IMG/VR virus record: IMGVR_UViG_3300022833_000010
Coordinates: 1 to 63,880 of that record
DNA from: a virus
Lineage: Duplodnaviria > Caudoviricetes
DNA: 63,880 bases
Strand: one strand, 5' to 3'
Part shown: positions 35,447-44,556 of the stretch, piece after piece
Position numbering within the stretch: the stretch's first letter is position 1
Layout: the number at the start of each line of letters is the position of its first letter
Made by a program: the position numbers and the translations under genes
The notes under the pieces: generated by a model
What the model was told of the DNA's origin: nothing
The model's database searches: none
Seen by the model: the letters and a program-made list of their open reading frames with translations, nothing else

Positions 35447-35746
35447 TTAGTTTCCCTCAGACCCTCCAAGACCAGAAACTCGCATAATTTCTTCAGACAA
35501 AATGTTGAGTTCCGACATAGGGAAACTCTCAAACTCTTCGTCTGTCAAATCTTCAGACCCTATAACAGAGAGCTTGATAATATCGCGCAGAAGCTTAATT
35601 TGTGCGTCCGAGGCATTACTTTTACCAGACTTATTAATCATAGCTTGCATTGCAAGAATCTGACCCACTGTCAACTTTTTAACTTCAACTTCGTCGCCCA
35701 TAAAGGCTACTTTTTCGGTTAGTGTCTTACCTACGAGATGTTTCAT
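35447..35746 (-). CDS. Tail assembly chaperone (G)
   Basis: Between tail tube and tape measure genes; ends in slippery sequence. Confidence 0.8.
   Translation of the reverse strand: MKHLVGKTLTEKVAFMGDEVEVKKLTVGQILAMQAMINKSGKSNASDAQIKLLRDIIKLSVIGSEDLTDEEFESFPMSELNILSEEIMRVSGLGGSEGN
35450..35456 (-). other. Programmed -1 frameshift slippery site G GGA AAC
   Basis: XXXYYYZ heptamer immediately before the chaperone stop, as in lambda G/GT. Confidence 0.85.
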
Positions 35747-35781
35747 ATTATATTCCTTACTGATTCTATTAATTAGATAAA

Positions 35782-36006
35782 TTATTTTTCTGAGAAGAGT
35801 TCTTGGTTTTGTTCTTGAAAATCATCAAGCAACTTTCTCACTGTGTGTAGTAGAGACAGGGTTTCCATAATTTCCCTACCAATCTCTGAGTCGTTATCAA
35901 AGTCTTTAAAACGTTCAAAAGATTTACGAATACTAATATCAACGCTTCGGCGCATATGACGGAAAGTCGTACGCATGACGAAACCCTTACTGAATGGCTT
36001 ATCCAT
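35782..36006 (-). CDS. Hypothetical protein in the tail module
   Basis: ORF track. Confidence 0.55.
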   Translation of the reverse strand: MDKPFSKGFVMRTTFRHMRRSVDISIRKSFERFKDFDNDSEIGREIMETLSLLHTVRKLLDDFQEQNQELFSEK

Positions 36007-36027
36007 TTAAATATATTCCAATTTGTT

Positions 36028-36053
36028 AGAGACCCCCCCGTAGAGGAGCCTCT
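36028..36053 (-). terminator. Stable hairpin after the major tail gene (UACG loop, weak U tract)
   Basis: AGAGGCTCCTC-TACG-GGGGGGTCTCT. Confidence 0.55.
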
Positions 36054-36061
36054 TAGATTAA

Positions 36062-36601
36062 TTAAGCAGCAGCAATTGTAGCTGGTCCAAAGAAATCAGA
36101 TTGTGTTGAGAGGGTAACTGTTGCAGTAACAGCGTCAGTCAATGCTGGGTTTACCAAAATTGCTTCAATCTTACCCAAAAAGTAAAACTCCGTGTTCTCA
36201 ATAGCTAACGTAGCGTCAGCGCCTTGGTCTTCAGTGACAGCAGAAGCGGCCATCATAAAGCGAACTGCAAGGTTAGTACCGATAAGGTCGTGAATATCAG
36301 TCATATCTGCAGCTACATAGTTTACAGTAACTTCGAGACTTGGGGAGTCAGACTGGCCTTGTACTTGCGAAGAAGTCTTTTGACCATAAACAGGTACGTT
36401 TACGATATTTGCTGGTGTACCGACAGAAGGAAATTCGCGTACGGAAGGCATACGAATGTGAGTTGCGTCTGCGGTTCCAGGAGTTCCGCCTACAAACAAT
36501 GCGGCAATTTCAGCTGCCGTGTCAGTGTCATTAGGGATAGTGCCTGTAAAGACGTCAAGGTATGTAAATACACCTGCGCCCAATGAGGAAATGTGTGCCA
36601 T
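36062..36601 (-). CDS. Major tail (tube) protein
   Basis: Size and position; VREFPS.G...V.V..YG....Q.QGQ.D...LE.T.NY. Confidence 0.8.
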   Translation of the reverse strand: MAHISSLGAGVFTYLDVFTGTIPNDTDTAAEIAALFVGGTPGTADATHIRMPSVREFPSVGTPANIVNVPVYGQKTSSQVQGQSDSPSLEVTVNYVAADMTDIHDLIGTNLAVRFMMAASAVTEDQGADATLAIENTEFYFLGKIEAILVNPALTDAVTATVTLSTQSDFFGPATIAAA

Positions 36602-36606
36602 TTGTG

Positions 36607-37008
36607 TTATTCTCCGTATTTGGTAAATGGGATTAAGTAAGATGCGCTGTATAGCGACTTGTTTAAAGGGTCTAGTCCCTCAGTGTTTAAGTAAGAAGTT
36701 CCTAAAATAGTACCTGAAGTTAATCTTTTATTCTCAAGGACAATATCGAGAAGATTTGAGATAAACATGGTTTTACTTTGACCTTCTCCTGCTTTTACAA
36801 ATATTTTTACAGCTAACAAACCGCCTAATTGTTTAATAGCACCGTGTGCAATATTATCACTCTTAGAAGGCATCACAGTAACTATGACATACTCTTTAGA
36901 GTTTCCTTTAGAGCCTTGATAGTTTGCGGGAAAAGTTTCTATATTGTTGGCTTCCCAAACATCAGAAGCAAAAACTTCTTCAATATCTGATAGAATATCT
37001 ACAAACAT
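36607..37008 (-). CDS. Putative tail terminator protein
   Basis: Position; G.L.V.IFV.AG.G motif. Confidence 0.65.
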   Translation of the reverse strand: MFVDILSDIEEVFASDVWEANNIETFPANYQGSKGNSKEYVIVTVMPSKSDNIAHGAIKQLGGLLAVKIFVKAGEGQSKTMFISNLLDIVLENKRLTSGTILGTSYLNTEGLDPLNKSLYSASYLIPFTKYGE

Positions 37009-37346
37009 TAAGACTTCTCCTTAGTCAACTGCATTGTAATAACAAAACTATCGTCAGTAAAGTCAGTAATGCTATAAACATTTTCTCCAACTGTCAAAGT
37101 ATCGTAACCGTCAATTGCTATACCAGACTTCATAATTGCGCTTTGATTGAAAGCACTATCAGAAGGTTTTTTAGATGCTTCTAAGAATACAGTAACACTG
37201 TAGTTTTTAGTACTACCTACGGTTTTCCCAGTAGAAAAGTCATACTCTGTAACGTTACGATTTGAAATAGTAGCAGGTTGTGCTAGGTCTCCAATAGCTG
37301 CAAAAGCCTTGTCTACACCAGCAATTATTTTTGATCTAAGAGACAT
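37008..37346 (-). CDS. Putative head closure/head-tail joining protein
   Basis: Position; YD..TG motif; start revised to MSLRSK. Confidence 0.6.
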   Translation of the reverse strand: MSLRSKIIAGVDKAFAAIGDLAQPATISNRNVTEYDFSTGKTVGSTKNYSVTVFLEASKKPSDSAFNQSAIMKSGIAIDGYDTLTVGENVYSITDFTDDSFVITMQLTKEKS

Positions 37347-37852
37347 TAGTTTGCCCTCCACCAAGTCCTACCTACACCCATTGAGCCTTTTACTAAAAGA
37401 GGTTTAAGTAGCTTATAAGTTGTTGGTGAAGTAATTGGTGTTTTTCCAACATCATTATTACTATCAGAAAGACTAATTGATCCTACAGAAATACTCTCAA
37501 AAGTTTGAGTAGTACCTGCAAGTAAATCCTCATTAGCAACTAGATGTAATGCTTGTTCGTAGACTGCTACCTTCACACGGGCCGGAACCTCGTTCTCAAG
37601 AAACGTTACAGTCATACCTAAACGGGTATCATAGTAAGTTGCATAAGAACGAGGCCAAGCAAGAGCCTGAGATCCACTGATAGCAGAACCAATCCAAGCG
37701 TTATCATCAGTCAATTGAGTTGATGTAACAAGGGCTTGGTCTTTGACTTCATCAGAGATAGTTAACCATTCGGCACTATCAATACGAGTCTCAAAGTAAC
37801 TATCAGCTTCTGCAATAGTGACATAGCTGTTTTCATTTAGAACTAATGTCAT
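37346..37852 (-). CDS. Head-tail adaptor
   Basis: NSYVT.AEAD.YF ... QALAWPR ... P..VK.A..E.A. Confidence 0.8.
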   Translation of the reverse strand: MTLVLNENSYVTIAEADSYFETRIDSAEWLTISDEVKDQALVTSTQLTDDNAWIGSAISGSQALAWPRSYATYYDTRLGMTVTFLENEVPARVKVAVYEQALHLVANEDLLAGTTQTFESISVGSISLSDSNNDVGKTPITSPTTYKLLKPLLVKGSMGVGRTWWRAN

Positions 37853-37870
37853 TAGTGCGCTCTCTTTCTA

Positions 37871-38989
37871 TTATGTGTGGAAGATTGGCAGAATGCCGAG
37901 GTTCAGTGCGTCCATCTTACGGTCGTAAGAAGCAGCTGCGCCCATTGTTGCGTTGGTTGCGAAAGCAGAAGTCGAACCTGCCCAGTCGTAACCCATTGGG
38001 TGGTTTACATAGCCCCAACGATACCAAACGTTAGTCGAACCGCCACCAGTGTAGGAAGCCGCATTGCGGTCAACTTCAACAGGTGTAGGCATTACGAGTG
38101 CTGTTGCAGCAACCGAACCGGGTTTAATAACAAAAGAACACTGTGTTGATTGTGCGTTCAGGTCGCCGGACGCGAAGCCCGATGCCATTTGGTTAGCACG
38201 TGTCATAACGAGGCGGAACTTGCCACCAAAGATTGTTGAGAACTCAAGGTTCCCATCTTTGATACGGTCTTGGTCAACCAAGTTTGCCGCGCGCATTTCA
38301 GCCATGATTTCTGGGCTTGTTGCCAAGTACATGAAATCTGGTTCGTAGTCTTTGAAAGCTGCGCCAATCGAACGGAACAAACGCTCACCACGAGCAGCGG
38401 CAATACCAGACGCGTCGAAGAGTTTACGTGCGTCGTTAGCACCAGTTGCAGCAGCGCCGTGAAGACCTTCTGCGTTTACGTCAACAAAGAAGCCAGTTGC
38501 GGCTACGTCTGCGTCTGTATCAAAAGCGATCATGCCGCCGTTGCCGGAGCCACCTTTGTCACCGAGAGTAACTTCGCTAAGTGCGACACCTTTGAGAACT
38601 GCCAACAGAGCGTCATGCTCATCTTGGGCGCGGACTTCAGCAAAATCACGGGCAATCTTGGCCAGACCGTCTTGCTTCGAAACAACTTCTTGCATGTTGA
38701 CTTGCTCTGCACCGAAGGTACGAACAGTCTTAACGAAGTTGGCAACGTCTGTTGCAACGCTTGTATAGGTACCATCAGTAGCCGAAGACAAAGACGCAAC
38801 GTTTACTGTGGCGCTCAGTGGCTTGTACCAGCGGAACTGACCAACAAACGATTCACCAGAAACGTCGATCTTTTGATCGGAAGTGACAATGCCTGTACCA
38901 TTCAGCTTTTTAGCAGAGGTATAAGCTTCATCGGAGTAAGCAGAAATTGCGAGTGCAATGTTCTGGAAGTCTGTATTTGTAATAGGCAT
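37871..38989 (-). CDS. Major capsid protein
   Basis: 372 aa after scaffold; strongly biased codon usage; EVDRNA...GGG....WYRWGYV.HP.GY.W. Confidence 0.85.
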   Translation of the reverse strand: MPITNTDFQNIALAISAYSDEAYTSAKKLNGTGIVTSDQKIDVSGESFVGQFRWYKPLSATVNVASLSSATDGTYTSVATDVANFVKTVRTFGAEQVNMQEVVSKQDGLAKIARDFAEVRAQDEHDALLAVLKGVALSEVTLGDKGGSGNGGMIAFDTDADVAATGFFVDVNAEGLHGAAATGANDARKLFDASGIAAARGERLFRSIGAAFKDYEPDFMYLATSPEIMAEMRAANLVDQDRIKDGNLEFSTIFGGKFRLVMTRANQMASGFASGDLNAQSTQCSFVIKPGSVAATALVMPTPVEVDRNAASYTGGGSTNVWYRWGYVNHPMGYDWAGSTSAFATNATMGAAASYDRKMDALNLGILPIFHT

Positions 38990-39024
38990 AGTTTTTTATT
39001 CCTTGGAGTTTTTTAGTCTAATGA

Positions 39025-39732
39025 TTAGACATTAAAGTTACCTAGCTGGCCTTTTGCGGCTTGAGCTAGAATTTCTTGCGTAGACATTTCCATAATGGAC
39101 TTGCTTACATCGGTGTTAATTTTACCGTCATTGTTATTTGTCCCGCCGCCAGTATTAGACTTAGTACGGAACAAGAAAGAGTTGCCTTCTTCTTTTGCAT
39201 AGGCGGCAGTGTAGTCACGAATACTAGTACCGCCAGTGTGTGACCAAGAACCATCTTCGTTTTGAACGAGTTGGTCTACAATCTCACGTCGAGCCATATC
39301 TCTTGACTTATCGTTTCGGAAATCCATTCCTGAGAGTGCATCGTTGAGGACACCGTCCCGTTTGAGTTGTGTAGTTTCAGTAGCGTATTCTGCAAGACGG
39401 GTACGAGCTTCAGATAGCTCAAGTTCGAGTGCTTCTTGTACTTTACCTTCTTCTTTCATACGGGCAATAGTCGCTTCTTTGGCTGCTTTCTCAGCAGTCA
39501 CCTTATCTTTCAAAAGACCATCGCGTTCAGTAGCCATTTTATCCATGTTAGCTTTCATCTTAGCAAGACGTTCTTCAACGATTGCTTCGAGTTCTTCTTC
39601 AGGTGTTTTTGGTGTCTTGTCGCTTTCGTCTTCCTCATCTTTAATTCGTTGCGCTTCAACTTCTGCAGCGAGTCGTTCGACTTCTTTTTCAGCAGCGAGT
39701 TTGTCGTTAGCAGCAATTTCTTCAGGTGTCAT
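39025..39732 (-). CDS. Capsid scaffolding protein
   Basis: Charged coiled coil directly upstream of the capsid gene; LF.....GGG. Confidence 0.8.
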   Translation of the reverse strand: MTPEEIAANDKLAAEKEVERLAAEVEAQRIKDEEDESDKTPKTPEEELEAIVEERLAKMKANMDKMATERDGLLKDKVTAEKAAKEATIARMKEEGKVQEALELELSEARTRLAEYATETTQLKRDGVLNDALSGMDFRNDKSRDMARREIVDQLVQNEDGSWSHTGGTSIRDYTAAYAKEEGNSFLFRTKSNTGGGTNNNDGKINTDVSKSIMEMSTQEILAQAAKGQLGNFNV

Positions 39733-39745
39733 AGTATTTCCTTCT

Positions 39746-39793
39746 CAAGCACAGCTTGGATTAATAATTTGTTATGTTTCGAGTCACAGACTC
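39746..39793 (-). promoter_or_regulatory. Two hairpins with identical loops in the scaffold leader
   Basis: GAGTC-TGT-GACTC (39781-39793) and CAAGC-TGT-GCTTG (39746-39758, abutting the SD). Confidence 0.55.
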
Positions 39794-39836
39794 TTTTGTT
39801 TTTAGTAATTGTACGGGCCTTGCCTATTACAAATAT

Positions 39837-42800
39837 TCAGGGGCCGATGCCGTACCAGTCATTTCCGGGACGGATAGCTTCAACAATTTCAGAAGGAGTA
39901 ATCTTATTAACAGGGTCAATAAGTCCGTCATCTTTTGCGCGTTGTAAGTATAGTTTATAAGTCTTGTTTGAAAGACCAGCCTTGCGCATTGCTGCGAGGG
40001 TTTGTTTAATAGTACCTTGTTCTAGAGCATTTGCATAGATCTGTCTCAAGGCAAATTTAGCGGGAACCGCCTTACCTAAGTTTGTGAAGAAAGCATCGTG
40101 GATAGTTCCAGTTTCCACGTTATTCTTCGCGCCCCATAAGTGAAATTGTCGGACAATTACAGCATCGTTACTGTGATTACCGTTAACACCTAGCCCAATG
40201 GAAGCTTCTTGAATGGACTGTTGGGATGCAAACTTGTCATCCTTACTCGGTGCTTCGTATATGTTGAAGACTTTTTGATCTGTAATTGGATCTTTAAAGT
40301 CTATTCTTACTTGTTCCTTTACACGGTAACGTTGTAACATGGTTTTACCATCGAACGTAACCCAAGGAATATCTACTGATCCCGACTCTTTTACAAAGTC
40401 TTTCGCAATATCTTTCCAGAAGTTAATAAACTTACCAGTAACAGGAACTTCCTTTTCCAACTGACGTGACATAATTGCTGAAATCTTAGCGAATAAACGA
40501 GTACCTACAAGGTCTCCTGTTTCATCGGTTAGCTTCATTAAAAATGTGTGCATGTCTTCGGAGTTCTTCATACCTTCTCTAAACTCTGACCTTGCGGTTT
40601 CATAAAGAGAGTCGGTTATAGAGTTACCTTCTTTCGAGGCAGCTACTACTTGTTTCTTGATGTCTCGTAATTCATCAATACGAGTCCAGTTTTTTCTGTC
40701 CATTTCGAAGCTAATCTTAGCATCGATAGCGGCTTTAAACTTATCAACTTCTTTTGTTGAAATTGCAATCTTACCTTTCTTTGCTAGAACATCGGCAAAC
40801 TTATTAGCTACGTTTGCAGCTTTAGTTGCGTCTCCGGCACCATAAAAGGCAACCATGTTTTGATTCTTGGCAGCTTTCATAAGGTCTGTCCAGTTAAGAT
40901 CGAGATCAGCCAACTCAGGGATAGCTAGAAACTCAGGATCGTCAACTGTACGTTTTGCAATTTCATCATAAAGTCTTTGTTTCTTAGAAGTCTGAAGTAC
41001 ATTAGATAGTTCACCTGCAGCACGATCTCCTGTAGACAAGGAAATGATTTGAGCGCCAGAAGAACTAGCATCATTTTCAATCATCATCTTTGTTTTGTAT
41101 TCAGAGATTAGTTTTAAATCATCAGGTGTCCACTTAGACTTGTCAATTAACATTTTACCACCCATATGTCTATGTATACGGGTGTATTCTAATGCTAGTC
41201 GAGCGAGTTTACCTACTTCTTTTTCTTCAGTAGCTGCTACTAGTGGGTTAGAAAGAAATTCTTTGACTCTTCGATCAGGCTGAGTTGAACTCAACATATA
41301 ATCTCCGATTTTTAACAGGTTGTCTTCTTGCTCTTTAAAGGCATTAAGTCTTCCTTTTAGTGTCAAAGTGTCTAAAGGACTCCCCACCAAGGCACCAATC
41401 TGAACTTGAAGTTCTTCTAAGGCGTCCGCATCAATATTGTAAGCTTTGGCAGTGTTCAAGAAAGGACGTACAGCTTCACCCTTTGTAGGTGTTAGTAGCC
41501 CACGGTGATACACTCGACCACGAAAGTCAATAGAGGCGTCTACAGAGAAAGCTTGGTTACGTTGACGATGATACTTAGCTGTTGCTAAAACACCACGACC
41601 ATCATTACCACGAGACATAAAGAGTTTCTTCCACTCGTTCATATCATCCCACTTTTTAGCTTCACCACGTTTGTCGTTGAAGTAAATAACTCTTTCTGCG
41701 AAGTCAAAATACTCACTATCAACTTCATACTTAACTGAAGTAGCGTGGTTCAACATTGTAGAAATATCTCTGTCAATTTGATTTACATCGTAATCGGCAT
41801 AAACCTTTTCAGAAACAACAGGCATAGTGGTCTTACGGCCTCTGGCATCAAAGTACTCTTTACTTCCAGCCCTAGCATAAATCTTATCTCTAGGATGATA
41901 AATGCCAAAACGTCTAGCTGTTCGTGCTTTTTCAGCAGCAATTTGTAACTGACGCATAGGGCCGTTTACAATAGTAAGTTGCCGAGATACACTAATACCG
42001 CGTAATGCCTTATCACTAACTGGTCTACCTGTTTCTAAGTCAATAGGCGAAGAAGTACCAATATCTCTAAGAGTTGTTGTCCGTATCATTCCTTGCTTCT
42101 CAAGAGAGTTTATAACTCGGCTTCCGTCCTTGTGGAAGTCTTTAAGAGATTTAGAGCGTAACGGGTTCAGAGAACCTAACTCTTTATCAAACATTTGTCC
42201 AATCTTAATAGCAAGAAGATCATAATCGGCACCATCTGCTGTAGCAATAGCTTCCATTGCTTTTGCAGTAGCCTTGATAGTCTTCTCTTTTAAGTTGTCT
42301 AAAGCAAGTTTACGGTCTCTATTGTATAAAAACTCTAAGTCTAGAAATTCTCTAGCTTTGCCTCTAACATTTGAAATCTGCGAAGTGATCCAGCTGTCTG
42401 TTGGAGGTTTTGTTTTAAACAATTCTTTTATGTTTTTGCGTTTTGTTTCACTTACAAACAAATCTAAAAGCTTTTTAACAAGCTCCTTACGATTTGGGTA
42501 CAACTTGATAATTGGTTGAGTGTAAGCTGCTAAAGGCGCTTTACCATTAAAATAAGATTTCTTTGCTAACTTAGCTCCGTACTTACCTCTCCAAGTTTCA
42601 ATATAGCGATTATCTGCAATTTGACTATCTACAAGTTCAGAAATGGTATACTTTTTACCAAACAAAAATACTTCAGGATCATCTGCTAGTTTTGCAGTCA
42701 AGTTCCCAAATAGCTTACCGCGATCTGTTGATCGGTTAAACATTAAAGTACCTAAGTCTTGCACAGCATTGATAGTGAACTTTCTCATTACAGAAGTTGG

Positions 42801-44276
42801 TTTACCCCAAGGCTCACCACTAACGTTAGAACGAGTAAATGTTTGTCGAAGAACGTCAGTAATAACCGATCGTTGATTAATAGAAACGTCTCTGCCTAGA
42901 TCTGAAACAAAGTCTTTAATAAATTTCTTTTGAGCAAGTTCTAAACCTTCGCTATCCTGAACTCTTGCGAGCCTTTCAGTAAGAATGTCTGGTTCTTGTA
43001 CTTGAAGGTGACGACCTGCATTACTTGTGTAGTCTGTACCACTAGCAGACATAACCGAGCCTTCTCGACTGTTCTTAAAAGAACGTCTGCTACCTTGCTT
43101 TTGTGAAAGAGAGTTGCCTTTAAAATCAGTCAAAGCCAAAGCTTGAGCATTTTCTGCTGCGTCATTCTTAAAGTGATCTAGCAAGGCGGATCTATTTGCT
43201 TTAGACTCCATTAGTTCTTTAGGGTTAGAAAATCTTAAAGTCGTATTGCTATCGTTGGTCGAAGTAGGGCGCTTAATAGTTTGATTTGCTCTACGCATTA
43301 ACCCCATAATAGAAAGTGCTTTGCCTTCTGGAGAAACAAACTCTGAAGCTTCTAACTTACCGTCTTGGAATAGTTTAGCTTGACGCTCACCACCTAACAT
43401 TTTAATCTGTACGTTAGATCCTTGTGTACGCAGCCAAGCGGAGTAAGTTCGAATAGCTGGCATTATACCCGTTAGTTCTGAAGGGTGTATTTTTTCTAAG
43501 TTCCTAGGTTTTACGTTAGCTAAAGGAAGACTTAATAGTTCCTCTTGACTCTTGATTACAGGAACCATTGTTGATCGGCACTGCCAGTGCAAAGGAGGTT
43601 TGAACCTCTCGTCACCAATATCATAAACTTTACCGTTGTGATAAGAGCATACAGCGCTTGTTCTACCATCTAGGATCGCAGTAAACATAAACCCACTGAT
43701 CAAGTCAGAGTTTGCAGACATAACGCTATTCAAGGCGTTCGTTTGTGTTGCTGTAATAGAGGTTCTAGTTAAAGTACGTGCCTGATGTTCTGTAATCTTA
43801 GTTGTTTTTAAAACATCATCGATAATTTCATCAGGTGTTAACCCTTTAGCAAGTCCACCTTTTACTTTAGTTTGAATACGGACTAGTTCACCAGAAGCAA
43901 TGTTTTTAACATTACCAGAAAGAGACTTAACACCTTTAATCTGAGGGCCAGTAATCTCAAGGAGAAGGTCTTTAGTCTTTGGTTTTTGAAGTCTATAGAA
44001 GTTTTTCACTTCTGCGTTTAAGTTATTTGTGTGGAAAACAGTCTGGGAGTTGCTAAAGTCTAGCATACTCTTAACGTTGTGATCATTTAATTCTTTAGCA
44101 AAACGAGTTACCTCGGGTTTGACATTAGACCTCAAGTTTCCTTTTAGAAGGTCTCTAAGGTTAAACCTGTGTTTTTTAAGAATTGTATTATTCTTCGCTT
44201 GGACTCCGTTTTCGTATAAACGTACATCACCGCTATGGTCAACAATACGGTCAAAGATCTTTTCGTTAATAGACAT
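39837..44276 (-). CDS. MuF/SPP1 gp7 head morphogenesis domain fused to a T7-like RNA polymerase (putative virion RNAP)
   Basis: N-terminal ARTLTRT, FTAILDGRTSAVC, PPLHWQCRST; C-terminal DFRGRVY, NDASSSGAQI, K-x7-YG (AKNQNMVAFYG), NHSNDA, IHDAF; lies between portal and scaffold. Confidence 0.92.
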   Translation of the reverse strand: MSINEKIFDRIVDHSGDVRLYENGVQAKNNTILKKHRFNLRDLLKGNLRSNVKPEVTRFAKELNDHNVKSMLDFSNSQTVFHTNNLNAEVKNFYRLQKPKTKDLLLEITGPQIKGVKSLSGNVKNIASGELVRIQTKVKGGLAKGLTPDEIIDDVLKTTKITEHQARTLTRTSITATQTNALNSVMSANSDLISGFMFTAILDGRTSAVCSYHNGKVYDIGDERFKPPLHWQCRSTMVPVIKSQEELLSLPLANVKPRNLEKIHPSELTGIMPAIRTYSAWLRTQGSNVQIKMLGGERQAKLFQDGKLEASEFVSPEGKALSIMGLMRRANQTIKRPTSTNDSNTTLRFSNPKELMESKANRSALLDHFKNDAAENAQALALTDFKGNSLSQKQGSRRSFKNSREGSVMSASGTDYTSNAGRHLQVQEPDILTERLARVQDSEGLELAQKKFIKDFVSDLGRDVSINQRSVITDVLRQTFTRSNVSGEPWGKPTSVMRKFTINAVQDLGTLMFNRSTDRGKLFGNLTAKLADDPEVFLFGKKYTISELVDSQIADNRYIETWRGKYGAKLAKKSYFNGKAPLAAYTQPIIKLYPNRKELVKKLLDLFVSETKRKNIKELFKTKPPTDSWITSQISNVRGKAREFLDLEFLYNRDRKLALDNLKEKTIKATAKAMEAIATADGADYDLLAIKIGQMFDKELGSLNPLRSKSLKDFHKDGSRVINSLEKQGMIRTTTLRDIGTSSPIDLETGRPVSDKALRGISVSRQLTIVNGPMRQLQIAAEKARTARRFGIYHPRDKIYARAGSKEYFDARGRKTTMPVVSEKVYADYDVNQIDRDISTMLNHATSVKYEVDSEYFDFAERVIYFNDKRGEAKKWDDMNEWKKLFMSRGNDGRGVLATAKYHRQRNQAFSVDASIDFRGRVYHRGLLTPTKGEAVRPFLNTAKAYNIDADALEELQVQIGALVGSPLDTLTLKGRLNAFKEQEDNLLKIGDYMLSSTQPDRRVKEFLSNPLVAATEEKEVGKLARLALEYTRIHRHMGGKMLIDKSKWTPDDLKLISEYKTKMMIENDASSSGAQIISLSTGDRAAGELSNVLQTSKKQRLYDEIAKRTVDDPEFLAIPELADLDLNWTDLMKAAKNQNMVAFYGAGDATKAANVANKFADVLAKKGKIAISTKEVDKFKAAIDAKISFEMDRKNWTRIDELRDIKKQVVAASKEGNSITDSLYETARSEFREGMKNSEDMHTFLMKLTDETGDLVGTRLFAKISAIMSRQLEKEVPVTGKFINFWKDIAKDFVKESGSVDIPWVTFDGKTMLQRYRVKEQVRIDFKDPITDQKVFNIYEAPSKDDKFASQQSIQEASIGLGVNGNHSNDAVIVRQFHLWGAKNNVETGTIHDAFFTNLGKAVPAKFALRQIYANALEQGTIKQTLAAMRKAGLSNKTYKLYLQRAKDDGLIDPVNKITPSEIVEAIRPGNDWYGIGP

Positions 44277-44379
44277 AAGTTTTCCCCATTACTTCATTCG
44301 TGAGATTGATTTATAAGTCTGGACGCCAAACCTCATTGAGGTCGTTTTACAGGCTTTACCTATCCAGCTAGGTTAATAT

Positions 44380-44454
44380 TGGCTCTCTGTCTTGGAATCG
44401 AACCAAGCAACAGCTGATTAACAGTCAGACCGCACACCTTGTGCGCTACAGAGA
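44380..44454 (-). tRNA. tRNA-Asn (GTT)
   Basis: Acceptor TCTCTGT/ACAGAGA, loop CT-GTT-AA, GGTTCGATTCC T-arm, encoded CCA. Confidence 0.85.
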
Positions 44455-44475
44455 ATATTTTATTAATGTAATAAT

Positions 44476-44552
44476 TGGACCGCGCAGTAGGACTCGAACC
44501 TACAACCTAGACTGTAGAAGAATCTTGCTCTATCCATTTGAGCTATGCGCGG
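44476..44552 (-). tRNA. tRNA-Arg (TCT)
   Basis: Full cloverleaf CCGCGCA/TGCGCGG, D-loop GGATA, loop CT-TCT-AC, CCA. Confidence 0.9.
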
Positions 44553-44556
44553 TTAG

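Noticed and set aside
37846-39960. Plus-strand and alternate-frame ORFs over capsid and scaffold genes
   Set aside because: Shadows of highly biased genes with no recognisable domains
44476-44552. Amber-suppressor reading of the loop CTTCTAC, and genome-wide TAG recoding
   Set aside because: The centred anticodon is TCT with an Arg-type D-loop, and TAG terminates several genes (13317, 15029, 54144, 62442)
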